Origin: an uncultured virus (IMG/VR IMGVR_UViG_3300026521_000001) | Taxonomy: Duplodnaviria > Heunggongvirae > Uroviricota > Caudoviricetes | Direction: 5' to 3' (one strand) | Length of the DNA: 64,000 nt | IMG/VR virus record: IMGVR_UViG_3300026521_000001 | Part shown: in pieces, positions 37,327-47,417 of the stretch | Numbering within the stretch: the first letter of the stretch is position 1 | How the letters are laid out: each line of letters begins with the position of its first letter | Notes under the pieces: model-generated | Database searches by the model: none | What the model was told of the DNA's origin: nothing | What the model saw: the letters and a program-made list of their open reading frames with translations, nothing else | Program-made: the position numbers and the translations under genes

Positions 37327-38291
37327 TGAAATATATTACAAATGAAACTCAAATAGCTATGCCTATTGCTTTATGGGCAGCCTACGATGACTATGATTAT
37401 GATAGTAGAAAAAATCTAATATCAACTACAAGTCTTTTAAATCCTACAAGAATGGTAGCTTTACAAAGATTAAATAAAGATGCTGATAAAGTAGTAGATA
37501 TTGCTGATTTAATTGGTTCAAGATTAGGTAGTGCTATTCATGATTCATTTGAAAAAGTACTTTTAAATGAGAGATATGTAAAGAATACTTTAAAAGCAAT
37601 GAATTATGATGATTCTATTATAGATAGAGTGGTTATAAACAAAGATAATCCAGAAATAGAAGAAATACCTATGTGGATTGAGCAAAGAGCAGAAAGAGCA
37701 GTAGGAGATTGGATTGTATCTGGTAAATTTGATATGGTATTAAATTATCAAGTACAAGATATTAAATCTACAAGTGTATGGACACATATGTTTGGTTCAA
37801 ATGAAGATAAATATATTCAACAGATGAGTATTTATAAATGGTTGAACCAGGATAGAATAAAAAAAGATACAGGAGTAATTCATTATATCTTTACAGACTG
37901 GTCTAAGCAGAAAGCTATGCAAGATAAAAATTATCCTCAACAAAGGGTACTAAGTAAAGAGTTTAGATTAATGTCTTTGGCTCAAACAGAAAAATTTATT
38001 CAAGATAAATTAGCTAAATTAGATGAAGTACTTAAAACAGGAAATTTACCATTATGTAGTTCAGAAGATTTATGGCAGGAACCAGATAAATGGAAATATT
38101 ATAAAAAGAAAAATGCTAACAGAGCAACTAAAGTATACGCTACTGAAGAAGAAGCTTATGATAGATTAGCTTTAGAAGGTTGTGGAGAAGTAAGACATTT
38201 TAAAGGTGGTGTAAAAAGATGTAATTATTGTTCTGTTAGAGAGTTTTGTGAACAATACACTGAGTTACAAGCAAATGGACTTATTATTTGA
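37326..38291 (+). CDS. PD-(D/E)XK (Cas4/RecB-like) exonuclease, N4 gp42-like
   Basis: ISTTSLL.P, GSAIHDSFE, SGKFD......QDIKSTS, Q.SIY.WL, C-terminal RCNYC....FC. Confidence 0.88.
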   Translation: MKYITNETQIAMPIALWAAYDDYDYDSRKNLISTTSLLNPTRMVALQRLNKDADKVVDIADLIGSRLGSAIHDSFEKVLLNERYVKNTLKAMNYDDSIIDRVVINKDNPEIEEIPMWIEQRAERAVGDWIVSGKFDMVLNYQVQDIKSTSVWTHMFGSNEDKYIQQMSIYKWLNQDRIKKDTGVIHYIFTDWSKQKAMQDKNYPQQRVLSKEFRLMSLAQTEKFIQDKLAKLDEVLKTGNLPLCSSEDLWQEPDKWKYYKKKNANRATKVYATEEEAYDRLALEGCGEVRHFKGGVKRCNYCSVREFCEQYTELQANGLII

Positions 38292-38382
38292 TGTTAAGCA
38301 GGAAGATTATCAATATTTAGATAATAACGAAATATTAAAATATATAAATAACTTATTATTTAAAAATGAAAAGGAAGAGAAA

Positions 38383-39657
38383 ATGGCTGAATATAAAATG
38401 ACAAAAGAAGACACGAAAGTAGGAGTTACTTTATATAACAATAAATTAACAGTTTATGGTTATTTACAATCACAATTAATAGATAAAGGAGGAAATCCTT
38501 TTAGTACTGATTTATTAGATTCGTCTATAACAGCAAGTGAAATATTTGTTGTAGATAATAAAAATACTATTAGAGCGTTATCTGCTGAAGAAGTTTCTAA
38601 ATTAAATGAAGATTTAAAAAAAATAAATACTTCAACTTATACAGATAATATAGCAGCACAAATAAATGGGAGTAAAAGTATATTTACTACAGCAATGAAA
38701 GAGCATTCTATAATTGATTATATAGATAAAGAAACAATGAGTACAACAAGTGTAAAAATACAACCTTTATTCTCTGAAATGAAAGAATACAATAAAATGT
38801 TAGCTGATTATTTAACTGAATTAAAAAAAGGTATTAGTGGAAATATCGAAGAGTATTTAGATACTTATTTCTTCAAAGAACATTTAATGTTACTTGGAGA
38901 AAGAGGAGCCAGTAAAACTTATACAGTAACTAAATACTTAGCAGATAAAGGTATTGAAACTGAGTTTATGGGATGTCATAATGCAGTAGAAGCTATTGAT
39001 TTACTTGGTTATTATATCAAAGCTCATGATGGTTCATTTGTTTGGTTAGACGGTGCATTATCAGGTGCATTTAGAAAAGCTCAAGCAGGGACAAAAGTAG
39101 TGCTATTTATGGATGAGATTTTAAGAATGCCTGCTAAAGAATTAAATATCTTAGTTGCAGCATTAACTCCAGATGCAGAAGGTTACTTTAATTTAAGAAC
39201 CAACAGAATTACAGATATTAAAGATGGTATTGGAGAAGTAGAATTACTTAGAGTACCAAAAGATATGTTATGGGTAATTGCAACTACTAATATCGGTGCA
39301 GATTATGATGTAGAAGAAATTGATGTAGCATTTCAAGATAGATTTATGTCAGTAGAAGTAGAACTAAATGAAGATGTTATTAGAAATATCTTATACAAAT
39401 ATACTGAAGATGATATTATAGTTGATAAATTAATCAATGCTTATAACAAAGTAAATATGGCAGTAGAAGCTCAAGAATTAGCTAATAAACTAAATGTTAG
39501 ACACTTAGTTAAAGTTATTACTTATGCTGGTTCAGATATTAAAAAGATAAAAGATTTATTATTACATTTCGCTCCAAATATTTGTAGTAGAAATATTGAT
39601 GGTAAATTAAATAAAATGGATATAGAAGTATATAAAGAGATAATTAAATCTCTTTAA
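38383..39657 (+). CDS. MoxR/CbbQ-like AAA+ ATPase
   Basis: Variant Walker A GERGASKT, DLLG, W.DG.L..AF, Walker B LFMDEI, IATTN, AFQDRF; start chosen at the ATG after AAGGAAG. Confidence 0.85.
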   Translation: MAEYKMTKEDTKVGVTLYNNKLTVYGYLQSQLIDKGGNPFSTDLLDSSITASEIFVVDNKNTIRALSAEEVSKLNEDLKKINTSTYTDNIAAQINGSKSIFTTAMKEHSIIDYIDKETMSTTSVKIQPLFSEMKEYNKMLADYLTELKKGISGNIEEYLDTYFFKEHLMLLGERGASKTYTVTKYLADKGIETEFMGCHNAVEAIDLLGYYIKAHDGSFVWLDGALSGAFRKAQAGTKVVLFMDEILRMPAKELNILVAALTPDAEGYFNLRTNRITDIKDGIGEVELLRVPKDMLWVIATTNIGADYDVEEIDVAFQDRFMSVEVELNEDVIRNILYKYTEDDIIVDKLINAYNKVNMAVEAQELANKLNVRHLVKVITYAGSDIKKIKDLLLHFAPNICSRNIDGKLNKMDIEVYKEIIKSL

Positions 39658-39686
39658 TACTTTAAATTTACAAGTAAAGGAAGGTT

Positions 39687-39878
39687 ATGCAAATAGGTGA
39701 AAAGTATATGCATTATAAAAACAATAAAATATATGAGATTGTAGGGTTTCCTGCATTCCAAGAAGAATTTACAGGAAAATGGATATATAACGAAATTATT
39801 CTATATAAAGACATATACGGAATGTTATATATTAGATCAAATACAGACTTTGATAAAAAATTTATAAAGGTAAAATGA
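39687..39878 (+). CDS. DUF1653-like small protein
   Basis: GEKYMHYKNNKIYEIV...ILYKD...YIRS..DF..KF. Confidence 0.7.
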   Translation: MQIGEKYMHYKNNKIYEIVGFPAFQEEFTGKWIYNEIILYKDIYGMLYIRSNTDFDKKFIKVK

Positions 39879-41224
39879 TGGAATATACAGAAGAAGAAAT
39901 TAATCAATTAGCTGGTAAAAAATTTAGATCAGAGATATTTAAAAAGATTATTGCTAGTTCAAAGCTTTTAAGAGAGAGTCTTAATTCAGCAAGTGATATT
40001 TTTATATCAGATAAAAACACTACAGTAATAAAACCTTCAGAAGATGAAAAATATATAAGAATAAATAAAAAAGATTTATTTAAACCGAATTTTTCAGAGT
40101 ATTTCGAGTGGTTATTAGCTATGGATCCAGAAAAGAATATAAATCAAATACAACAAGATATTTTATTAAAAGATGGATTTAATTTAGACATTACAGATGA
40201 AATAGCAGAATTTTACAAAGATATGAAAGAGAAACATGAAGAGCTGTCTTCTAAAGAATTAGAAGAAGAAACAGAAGAAATGAAGGAAGAAGCTTCTGAA
40301 AGTTCTTGTGAAATGTCTGGAGGGCATGGTTTTAGTAAAGGCGGTAGTGTATCTGCTAAAGAAATATCAAGAGAATTATCTGAAACTACGGGTATAGCTA
40401 AAGAAGTTAAACATGGAGAAGCTGTAGAAAAAGAAGTGAAATCAGATGAAATGATTGAACCAGATATAGAAGCGGCTATGAAACATGCTAAAGAATTTGA
40501 TCCTTATGAAGATAGAGATGATTTATCTGCTCCTTATTTAGATAAACCTGTATTATCTTTAAATGATATTAAATATCTAAATAAATTAAAGAATAAAATG
40601 TTAAAAGCATTTAAGGGAAGTAAAGGTAAATCTCCTTCTTATTCTCCAAGTAAGAGAATAAATATAAGAAAAGACATTATTGATAAAGATAATATCTATA
40701 TAAAAACTACTATGTCAGAAGGTAAACATGTAGATATGAATATTATTATTGATATGTCTGGTTCTATGGGGGGTAAACCAGTTAAATATGCAAATAGTAT
40801 ATTGTATTTATTTAATGAGTTATCAAGAGAAGGGCATTTTAACGGAGATGTTATATTTACTTCAGATAAAAAACCATATAAAGTTACTCTACCTATTAGT
40901 AGAGAAGAAGTATTTAACTTATGTGGTGCACATGGCGGTTCAGAAGGTTTTAAAGATACTGTACTTCAATATAAGAATGAATTGAAAAATTCAAATGTTG
41001 TTGCTATTACAGATGGACATATTACAGATAAACCTATTTCTCATAATTTATGGGATAAGATAAGAGTAAAATCTTTAGGCATATATGTAAATCCAAAAAA
41101 GAAAGAATTAGCAAGAAGTAAAAAACATTTGATGAAGTATTTTCATCATGGAGTAGCAGTACCTAATTTAGATGAGTTAATTAACTACTTAGTTAAAGTA
41201 GGTTTAAAAGGAAAAAAAGGATAA
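39875..41224 (+). CDS. vWA-domain protein (MoxR partner)
   Basis: MIDAS IIIDMSGSM and VAITDG; acidic linker upstream. Confidence 0.85.
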   Translation: MMEYTEEEINQLAGKKFRSEIFKKIIASSKLLRESLNSASDIFISDKNTTVIKPSEDEKYIRINKKDLFKPNFSEYFEWLLAMDPEKNINQIQQDILLKDGFNLDITDEIAEFYKDMKEKHEELSSKELEEETEEMKEEASESSCEMSGGHGFSKGGSVSAKEISRELSETTGIAKEVKHGEAVEKEVKSDEMIEPDIEAAMKHAKEFDPYEDRDDLSAPYLDKPVLSLNDIKYLNKLKNKMLKAFKGSKGKSPSYSPSKRINIRKDIIDKDNIYIKTTMSEGKHVDMNIIIDMSGSMGGKPVKYANSILYLFNELSREGHFNGDVIFTSDKKPYKVTLPISREEVFNLCGAHGGSEGFKDTVLQYKNELKNSNVVAITDGHITDKPISHNLWDKIRVKSLGIYVNPKKKELARSKKHLMKYFHHGVAVPNLDELINYLVKVGLKGKKG

Positions 41225-41227
41225 TCT

Positions 41228-41620
41228 ATGAAAATTAAATATAGAGGGTTTATAAAAACTACAAATCACTGGATCTATGGAAGTAGTGATTTTATAGAAA
41301 GAAATTATAATGAAAACATATATACATTAGAACGATTTTTTCGTTTTAATTTTGGAAATTATTTGATAGAAGGATCATTAGGACAATTTATCGGTATTAA
41401 AGACAAAAATGATGTAGAGATATACACAGGAGATATTATAAAAATAAAATCTAAGGCATTAGGTTTAGAAGCAACAGGCTTAGTATATTTTTGTGACAAA
41501 GTATGTGCTTTTTTAATTGATGATCCAGTTAGTAAACAATATATTCCCTTAAATGTATTAGACGAGATAGTAGTATTAGGAAATATTATTGATAATCCAG
41601 AATTATATAAAGGAGATTAA
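41228..41620 (+). CDS. YopX family protein
   Basis: IKYRG, GQFIGIKDKNDVEIYTGDII, VLGNIIDNPEL. Confidence 0.9.
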   Translation: MKIKYRGFIKTTNHWIYGSSDFIERNYNENIYTLERFFRFNFGNYLIEGSLGQFIGIKDKNDVEIYTGDIIKIKSKALGLEATGLVYFCDKVCAFLIDDPVSKQYIPLNVLDEIVVLGNIIDNPELYKGD

Positions 41621-41622
41621 AA

Positions 41623-43782
41623 ATGCAAGAAGAGATAAAAGAGTATGAATATAATCCTACTCAAGAGAAAATGGTTAAGATTTTACAGAATAAGAACCAA
41701 ACTAAAGAAGCTTTATTCTTTAGAGTTTTAAGTGCTTACTACTTTAGTAAAATAGCAGCAAATATGAGAACTTTTATTGATATAAAAGATGTATTTGGAC
41801 TTATTCCTGTAAATACTTATGCAGTTATACTAGCAACTTCAGGTGCAGGTAAAGGTAAATCTATAAATATTATTGAAAATGATATTTTAAAAGGTTTTAA
41901 AGATAAATTTATCAAAGAGGTACTACCAACACAAGTAGAAAAAAGTTTGGCTAAAATAGCTTCAGAGAGAGCGAGTATTGCTGGTTTGGATCCAGACGAA
42001 GTATATCAGAATTTAATTAGAGAGTACAAAGGTACGGGTCCTTTTTTATTCAACTTTGATGGAGGTACAGCAGCAGCAATTAAACAATTAAGACATAAAT
42101 TATTATTAGCTGGTTTAGGAGCTATGAATCTAGAAATGGATGAAGTAGGTGCTAATCTATCAGCTAATATAGATATGCTTAATGTATTTATTGAGTTATA
42201 TGATGTAGGTAGAGTAAAACCTAAGATTACTAAAAATACTCAAGAAAATAAAAGAAATGAAAGTATAGACGGTGTAACTCCTGCTAATGTACTATTATTT
42301 GGTACTCCAAGTAAATTATTAGATGGTGGTAAAACAGAACAAGAGTTCTATAGTCTTTTAGATATGGGATATGCAAGAAGAATGCTATTTGCTTATATGC
42401 CTAAAATATCTAAAGAGAAACTATCAGCTAAAGAAAAATTAGATATGCTCAGAGATAAATCTTCTGGTTTATTTATAGATGCTTTATATAAACACTTTGA
42501 GAAATTAGCAGCTGATGCTAATATAAATAGAAAATTGTTTGTTAGAGATGATTATTTAATTAAACTATTAGAGTATCAAGCATATTGTGAAGAAAGAGCA
42601 GAAGCTTTAAAAGAACATCAAGAGATGGAAAAAGCTGAAATCATGCATAGATATTTTAGAGCATTGAAACTATCAGGTGCATATGCTTTTGTAGAAGAAT
42701 CTGAAGAAGTTAAATTAGAGCATTTACAACAAGCTATTAAATTAGTAGAAGATAGTGGAGTAGCTTTTAGAAATATCCTTAAGAGAGAGAAAACTTATGT
42801 TAAATTAGCTAAATATGTAGCAGAGTTAGATGAAGATGTAACTCATGCTGATTTACATGAAGATTTACCTTTCTATAAAGGAAGTACTACTGCTAAGAAA
42901 GAAATGCTTGATTTAGCTATTGCTTGGGGATATAAACATTCAATTATTATTAAAAAGAAAATAGTTGATGGTATAGAATTTCTAAGCGGAGAAGCTTTAA
43001 AAGAATTTGATCCAGAAAATGTAATATTAAGTTATTCAACGGATATGACTTATGGTTATAAAAATGTAAATGTAAATTGGGCAGATTTACCTAAATTATT
43101 TACAAGTGATAATTTACACTGGATTAATCATCATTTAAAAGATGGAGATAAAAGTGAAGGGCATAGAGCAACAAGCAATGCTTTACCTGGTTCAAATTTA
43201 GTAGTATTAGATGTAGATGGTGGAACTAAATTAGAAATGGCCAAAGAACTACTAAAAGATTACACTTATTATGTTTATACAACTAAAAGACATGATCCTA
43301 AAGGAGAACATAGATTTAGAGTAGTATTACCATTGACCCATGAAGTAAAATTAGGTGCTGAAGAGTATAAAGATTTTATAAATAGAATCCTTGATTGGTT
43401 ACCATTTGAAGTAGATTCTGCAAGTAATCAAATAGTTAAAAAATGGTTAACTAATAAAGATGCTATATTATATTCAAATGAAGGTGATTTATTAAATGCT
43501 ATGTTATTTATTCCTCATACTAAAAAAGCAGATGAGTTATCACATGATAGAGCATTAATAAGTTCTATGAGTAATTTAGAAGCATGGTTCTATAAAGAAT
43601 GGAAAGACGGTAATAGAAATAAAGCCTTATTTAGATATGCTATGGTTCTTAAAGATAACGGATATGATTTAGTATCTATTAAAAATGCTATTTTTGAGTT
43701 TAACAGAAAAACACCAGACCCATTAGAAGAGACAGAAATTTACGATTCGGTAATGGTAACACTTGCAAAGGAGTTTAAATGA
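41623..43782 (+). CDS. DNA primase (N4 gp43/Dns-like; N-terminal P-loop, C-terminal prim-pol/PriCT)
   Basis: ATSGAGKGKS, NLEMDEVG, VVLDVDGG, YTTKRH...HRFRVVLP, GNRNKALFRYA. Confidence 0.9.
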   Translation: MQEEIKEYEYNPTQEKMVKILQNKNQTKEALFFRVLSAYYFSKIAANMRTFIDIKDVFGLIPVNTYAVILATSGAGKGKSINIIENDILKGFKDKFIKEVLPTQVEKSLAKIASERASIAGLDPDEVYQNLIREYKGTGPFLFNFDGGTAAAIKQLRHKLLLAGLGAMNLEMDEVGANLSANIDMLNVFIELYDVGRVKPKITKNTQENKRNESIDGVTPANVLLFGTPSKLLDGGKTEQEFYSLLDMGYARRMLFAYMPKISKEKLSAKEKLDMLRDKSSGLFIDALYKHFEKLAADANINRKLFVRDDYLIKLLEYQAYCEERAEALKEHQEMEKAEIMHRYFRALKLSGAYAFVEESEEVKLEHLQQAIKLVEDSGVAFRNILKREKTYVKLAKYVAELDEDVTHADLHEDLPFYKGSTTAKKEMLDLAIAWGYKHSIIIKKKIVDGIEFLSGEALKEFDPENVILSYSTDMTYGYKNVNVNWADLPKLFTSDNLHWINHHLKDGDKSEGHRATSNALPGSNLVVLDVDGGTKLEMAKELLKDYTYYVYTTKRHDPKGEHRFRVVLPLTHEVKLGAEEYKDFINRILDWLPFEVDSASNQIVKKWLTNKDAILYSNEGDLLNAMLFIPHTKKADELSHDRALISSMSNLEAWFYKEWKDGNRNKALFRYAMVLKDNGYDLVSIKNAIFEFNRKTPDPLEETEIYDSVMVTLAKEFK

Positions 43783-43961
43783 TACCAGAGTTATTTGAAG
43801 AGCTTATTAAAAAGCCATTAAAATATCACAGAAAAGATTATACAACAGACCAGTTAATTGAATTAAGTACTATTATTTTTACAGAAATGAATAGTAGAGT
43901 AAAACAAAATAGAAAAAATAAAAAAGGAGATATACAGGATGAGACAAGAGCTGGAGAATGA
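43779..43961 (+). CDS. Small hypothetical protein
   Basis: AAGGAG RBS; ATGA overlap. Confidence 0.5.
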   Translation: MIPELFEELIKKPLKYHRKDYTTDQLIELSTIIFTEMNSRVKQNRKNKKGDIQDETRAGE

Positions 43962-44187
43962 GTATGCAAATGAATTAGAGGATAACTTTAGAGGTTATTC
44001 TCCTAAAAGAATGATTATTGAAATCTTAGGGCAAAAAACTTGGGATACTTTAGTAGATAAGTATATAGATAAAATACTTACTCCTGAAGATATTGAAAAA
44101 GTACCAGAAGTACATTATGACCCAGAAACAGAAGACCAAGAGTGCTATTTGGCTTTTATGCAAGAAAGATTTATGAAAATAATGTAA
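43939..44187 (+). CDS. Hypothetical protein
   Basis: AAGGAG RBS. Confidence 0.6.
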   Translation: MRQELENEYANELEDNFRGYSPKRMIIEILGQKTWDTLVDKYIDKILTPEDIEKVPEVHYDPETEDQECYLAFMQERFMKIM

Positions 44188-44197
44188 AGGAAATTAA

Positions 44198-44923
44198 ATG
44201 GATAATAGAGTAGTTTTAGTGATGGGAGTACCTTCAAGTGGTAAAACAACAAGTTTGAGAAATATAAAAGATCCAGAAGGTGTATTATATTTAAACTTTG
44301 ATGGTAAAGGATTACCCTTTAAAAGTAAATTTAAAGAGGTAAAAGTAGAAGATGTAGCTGAGACTTTAAACTATCTTGATGCAGTTAGTGAAAGAGAAGA
44401 TATACATACTGTTATTATTGATACTCTTACTTATATGATGGATCAATATGAAACTCAGTATGTAGTATATAGTTCAAATACACAAAAAGCTTGGGGAGAT
44501 TATGGACAATTCTTTAAACAAGTATTACATAAATGTAAGACAAGTGGTAAGAATGTTATAGTATTAGCTCATAGCGATAATGTAATGAATGAGACTGAAA
44601 TGGTATTAGAGACAAAAGTACCTATTAAAGGTGCAGTTGGAAGAAGAGGTGCAGAAGCAGAATTTGAATTAATTTTATCAACTAAAAAAATTTCTATAAA
44701 GAAATTAGAATATTTAGGTAAAACTGAATTGTTACAATCTGAACCTACAGATGAACAATTTGGATTTAAGTATGTATTTCAAACAATGATTGATAAAGAT
44801 ACTATGAATGAAAAAATGAGAGCGCCTTTAGGTTTTTGGAAGTATCCAGAAGAGAAATATATTAATAATGATTTACAATTAGTTATTGATAAATTAAATG
44901 ATTATTTCGGGAAACCAGAATGA
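44198..44923 (+). CDS. AAA_24/Sak4-like ATPase (N4 gp44-like)
   Basis: GVPSSGKTTSLRN, IIDTLT, IVLAH. Confidence 0.88.
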   Translation: MDNRVVLVMGVPSSGKTTSLRNIKDPEGVLYLNFDGKGLPFKSKFKEVKVEDVAETLNYLDAVSEREDIHTVIIDTLTYMMDQYETQYVVYSSNTQKAWGDYGQFFKQVLHKCKTSGKNVIVLAHSDNVMNETEMVLETKVPIKGAVGRRGAEAEFELILSTKKISIKKLEYLGKTELLQSEPTDEQFGFKYVFQTMIDKDTMNEKMRAPLGFWKYPEEKYINNDLQLVIDKLNDYFGKPE

Positions 44924-45144
44924 AACCTGTAATATTCGTATTAGCCTATTTAGAAGATGGGTTAATAAATAAAATTATAAGTTGGGCTAGAGAAGAAGAT
45001 GTTGGATATTTACAAAGAAAATATAAAAATTTAGAGATAGAAATTGCAGAGAATGAACCAGAAGCTATAATAGATGATGATTCTATTACCTGGTTCAATA
45101 AATATGGACAAAAATGTGCATATCAATTAATTAAAGCTGACTAA
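44920..45144 (+). CDS. Hypothetical protein
   Basis: ATGA overlap. Confidence 0.55.
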   Translation: MKPVIFVLAYLEDGLINKIISWAREEDVGYLQRKYKNLEIEIAENEPEAIIDDDSITWFNKYGQKCAYQLIKAD

Positions 45145-45218
45145 TATATAGGTTCGCTAGCACATAGAACCTTTAAAAGCTATCACATTTAAAAATAAAA
45201 ATAAATAAGGAGAATTTA

Positions 45219-45893
45219 ATGGGTATTTTTAGTATTCCAAAAGATGTAGAAAAAGAAGAAGTAAAAGACACTTTAGGTGGTGGAAGTTTTGTATGGGACA
45301 CAGGTGTATATGATGTAAAAATTACAAGAGCATTTATCGATAAATCTAAAAATGGTGCTTTAAGTGTTAATTTAACATTAGAAACAACTGAAGGTAAAAA
45401 GTTAGATATTACTGAGTATGTTACTAACAGAGAAGGTGTAAACTTCTATGTAGATAAAAAATCAGGTAAAAAAAAGCTATTACCAGGATTAGCTAAAATG
45501 AATGGTTTAGCAGAACTATTAGTTGGTAAAGAATTAGAAAATTGTGAACTTGAAGAGAAAATGGTAGAAGTATATGACTTTGATGTGAAAAAAAGGGTAG
45601 CAAGACCAAAACAAGTAATTATGGATTTACTAAATGTGCAAGCTAAAGTAGGTATTGTAAAAGTTATTGATTGGAAAAATAATGACCATACTGAAACTAA
45701 AGAGAAAAATGAATTAGATAAAGTATTTACTGAAGATGGTTACTCACTTGCAGAGAAAATTGCTGGAACAGAAAAACCAGAATTTATTGAAAAATATGCT
45801 GAAACTAAAAAAGCAGATTATGTAAAAGATAAAACAGGTGGAAAAGCTAAAGCGCCAGCAGGTACAGCAAAAAAGAAAGATATGCCATTTTAA
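45219..45893 (+). CDS. Single-stranded DNA-binding protein (N4 gp45-like)
   Basis: DTLGGG...TGVY, SKNGALSV, G.NFY..K.GKK..LPG, EVYDFD.K, NELDKVF; follows the gp44-like gene. Confidence 0.85.
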   Translation: MGIFSIPKDVEKEEVKDTLGGGSFVWDTGVYDVKITRAFIDKSKNGALSVNLTLETTEGKKLDITEYVTNREGVNFYVDKKSGKKKLLPGLAKMNGLAELLVGKELENCELEEKMVEVYDFDVKKRVARPKQVIMDLLNVQAKVGIVKVIDWKNNDHTETKEKNELDKVFTEDGYSLAEKIAGTEKPEFIEKYAETKKADYVKDKTGGKAKAPAGTAKKKDMPF

Positions 45894-45904
45894 AGACGGA
45901 TAAA

Positions 45905-46186
45905 ATGTATGAATTAAAACATTATATTACTGTTTTTAGTAATAAAGAAAATAAAGTTGTAGAAAGAGTAAGATTCAAACAATTAGATAAGCATGCTACA
46001 GATGATGTATATGATTTTGTTTTTAATATTTTAAAAAGATATATTAAAAATGATTCAGAGAATAGTAAAGCAATAAAAGTATTGATAAATATAGGGTACA
46101 TTAATGTAAATGAGTTTACAATAGAATATTCATATTTTCGTAAACTTAAATCAATGAAAAGGTTCATTTTTAAAGGAAATAATTAA
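45905..46186 (+). CDS. Hypothetical protein
   Basis: Tightly packed ORF. Confidence 0.55.
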   Translation: MYELKHYITVFSNKENKVVERVRFKQLDKHATDDVYDFVFNILKRYIKNDSENSKAIKVLINIGYINVNEFTIEYSYFRKLKSMKRFIFKGNN

Positions 46187-46653
46187 TGAAAAGTTATATA
46201 TGTAAGAAGGTGGTAAGTGCTGAAAAAATGTCTTACAAAGAAGCAGGAAAAAAAGAGCTAATTAGAAAGTTTGATCCAAATGGAAAAGATATACCAGGGT
46301 TTCATATAGTATATAAAGATGGTTATGAGAGTTGGAGTCCAGCAGACACATTCATTGAAGGGTATGATGAAATCAAGACAGAAAATTTAACATTTGGACA
46401 AGCAATAGAAGCTTTAAAAGCAGGTAAGAAAGTTGCAAGAGAAGGTTGGAATGGTAAAGGTATGTTTCTATTCCTGGTTCCAGGAAGTAAGTTTAAAGTA
46501 AACAGACCTCCACTATTAGGAATTTATCCAGAAGGGACTGAAATAGAATATAGACCACATATTGATTTAAAAACTGCTGATGGGTCTATAGCTACTTGGT
46601 CACCGAGTGGTAGTGATGCATTAGCTGAAGACTGGATTATTATTGATGATTAA
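46186..46653 (+). CDS. DUF2829/Tad2-like anti-defence sponge fused to an N-terminal domain
   Basis: C-terminal half TFGQAIEALKAGKKVAREGWNGKGMFLFL...KTADG...WSPSGSDALAEDW; N-terminal half 'GFHIVYKDGYESWSP..TF..GY'. Confidence 0.85.
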   Translation: MKSYICKKVVSAEKMSYKEAGKKELIRKFDPNGKDIPGFHIVYKDGYESWSPADTFIEGYDEIKTENLTFGQAIEALKAGKKVAREGWNGKGMFLFLVPGSKFKVNRPPLLGIYPEGTEIEYRPHIDLKTADGSIATWSPSGSDALAEDWIIIDD

Positions 46654-47074
46654 AGGCGTATATTCTTGTATAAAGGATGATGAGTGTATAGGCTCTTTTT
46701 ATCTACCATTACACTTTGAGTTAGGTAAAAGTAAAAAGAAAAAATATGCTCTTAACTTAAATACTTATAGAAATTTACATCATCATGTAAATAATGATTT
46801 AAAGATTAAGGTCTCAGAATATATAAAAAACTTTGTATTAATTTTACCTATAAAAGAACCAGTAAAGATAGATTATATTATTTATCCTGGTTCAAAGAGA
46901 AGAATGGATTTAGATAATATGGTAGTTATTGCAAAATATGTACAAGATGGTTTAGTTAGTGCAGGTATTTTGGAAGATGATGACTATACTCATATAGTTA
47001 ATATATCTTTTCAAGTTGGTGGATTAGATCCAGATAAAAAAGGTTATTGTAAAGTGATTATAAGGAGAATGTAA
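46646..47074 (+). CDS. RusA-like Holliday junction resolvase (N4 gp46-like)
   Basis: LNLNTYRN, RRMDLDN....KY.QDGLV.AGI.EDDDY. Confidence 0.85.
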   Translation: MIKGVYSCIKDDECIGSFYLPLHFELGKSKKKKYALNLNTYRNLHHHVNNDLKIKVSEYIKNFVLILPIKEPVKIDYIIYPGSKRRMDLDNMVVIAKYVQDGLVSAGILEDDDYTHIVNISFQVGGLDPDKKGYCKVIIRRM

Positions 47075-47407
47075 ATGCATATTACAATGAATAATGTAGA
47101 GCTTAAAGAAGCTGTTGAATTATGGTTAGAAAACGAAGGTTTAACACCAGATAGATATAATATTGATGTTAAATTTGTTGCAGGTAGAAACGGTAATGAG
47201 GGTAGAATTGAAATCAATGCTCAGAAAAAAGTTAGTGCAATTTTAGAAGATGAACCAGAAGTAGAAAATGTAGATAGTGGACCAGAAGAGACAGAGACTG
47301 TAGAAGAGACTGAATCAGAAAATGTAGGACCAACTAAAGAAGACCCATTTGGTGGTGCAGAACCTCAACCTGAAAAGAAAACTGTAGGCGATTTATTTAA
47401 TTCATAA
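47075..47407 (+). CDS. N4 gp47-like acidic protein
   Basis: M.I......L.EA, V.F.AGR...G; acidic tail ending LFNS. Confidence 0.6.
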   Translation: MHITMNNVELKEAVELWLENEGLTPDRYNIDVKFVAGRNGNEGRIEINAQKKVSAILEDEPEVENVDSGPEETETVEETESENVGPTKEDPFGGAEPQPEKKTVGDLFNS

Positions 47408-47417
47408 GGAGTAAAAT

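Noticed and set aside
38248..38382. Extended GTG start of the AAA ATPase
   Set aside because: It overlaps the nuclease gene; the ATG at 38383 has a proper AAGGAAG RBS, although ATG 38275 cannot be excluded
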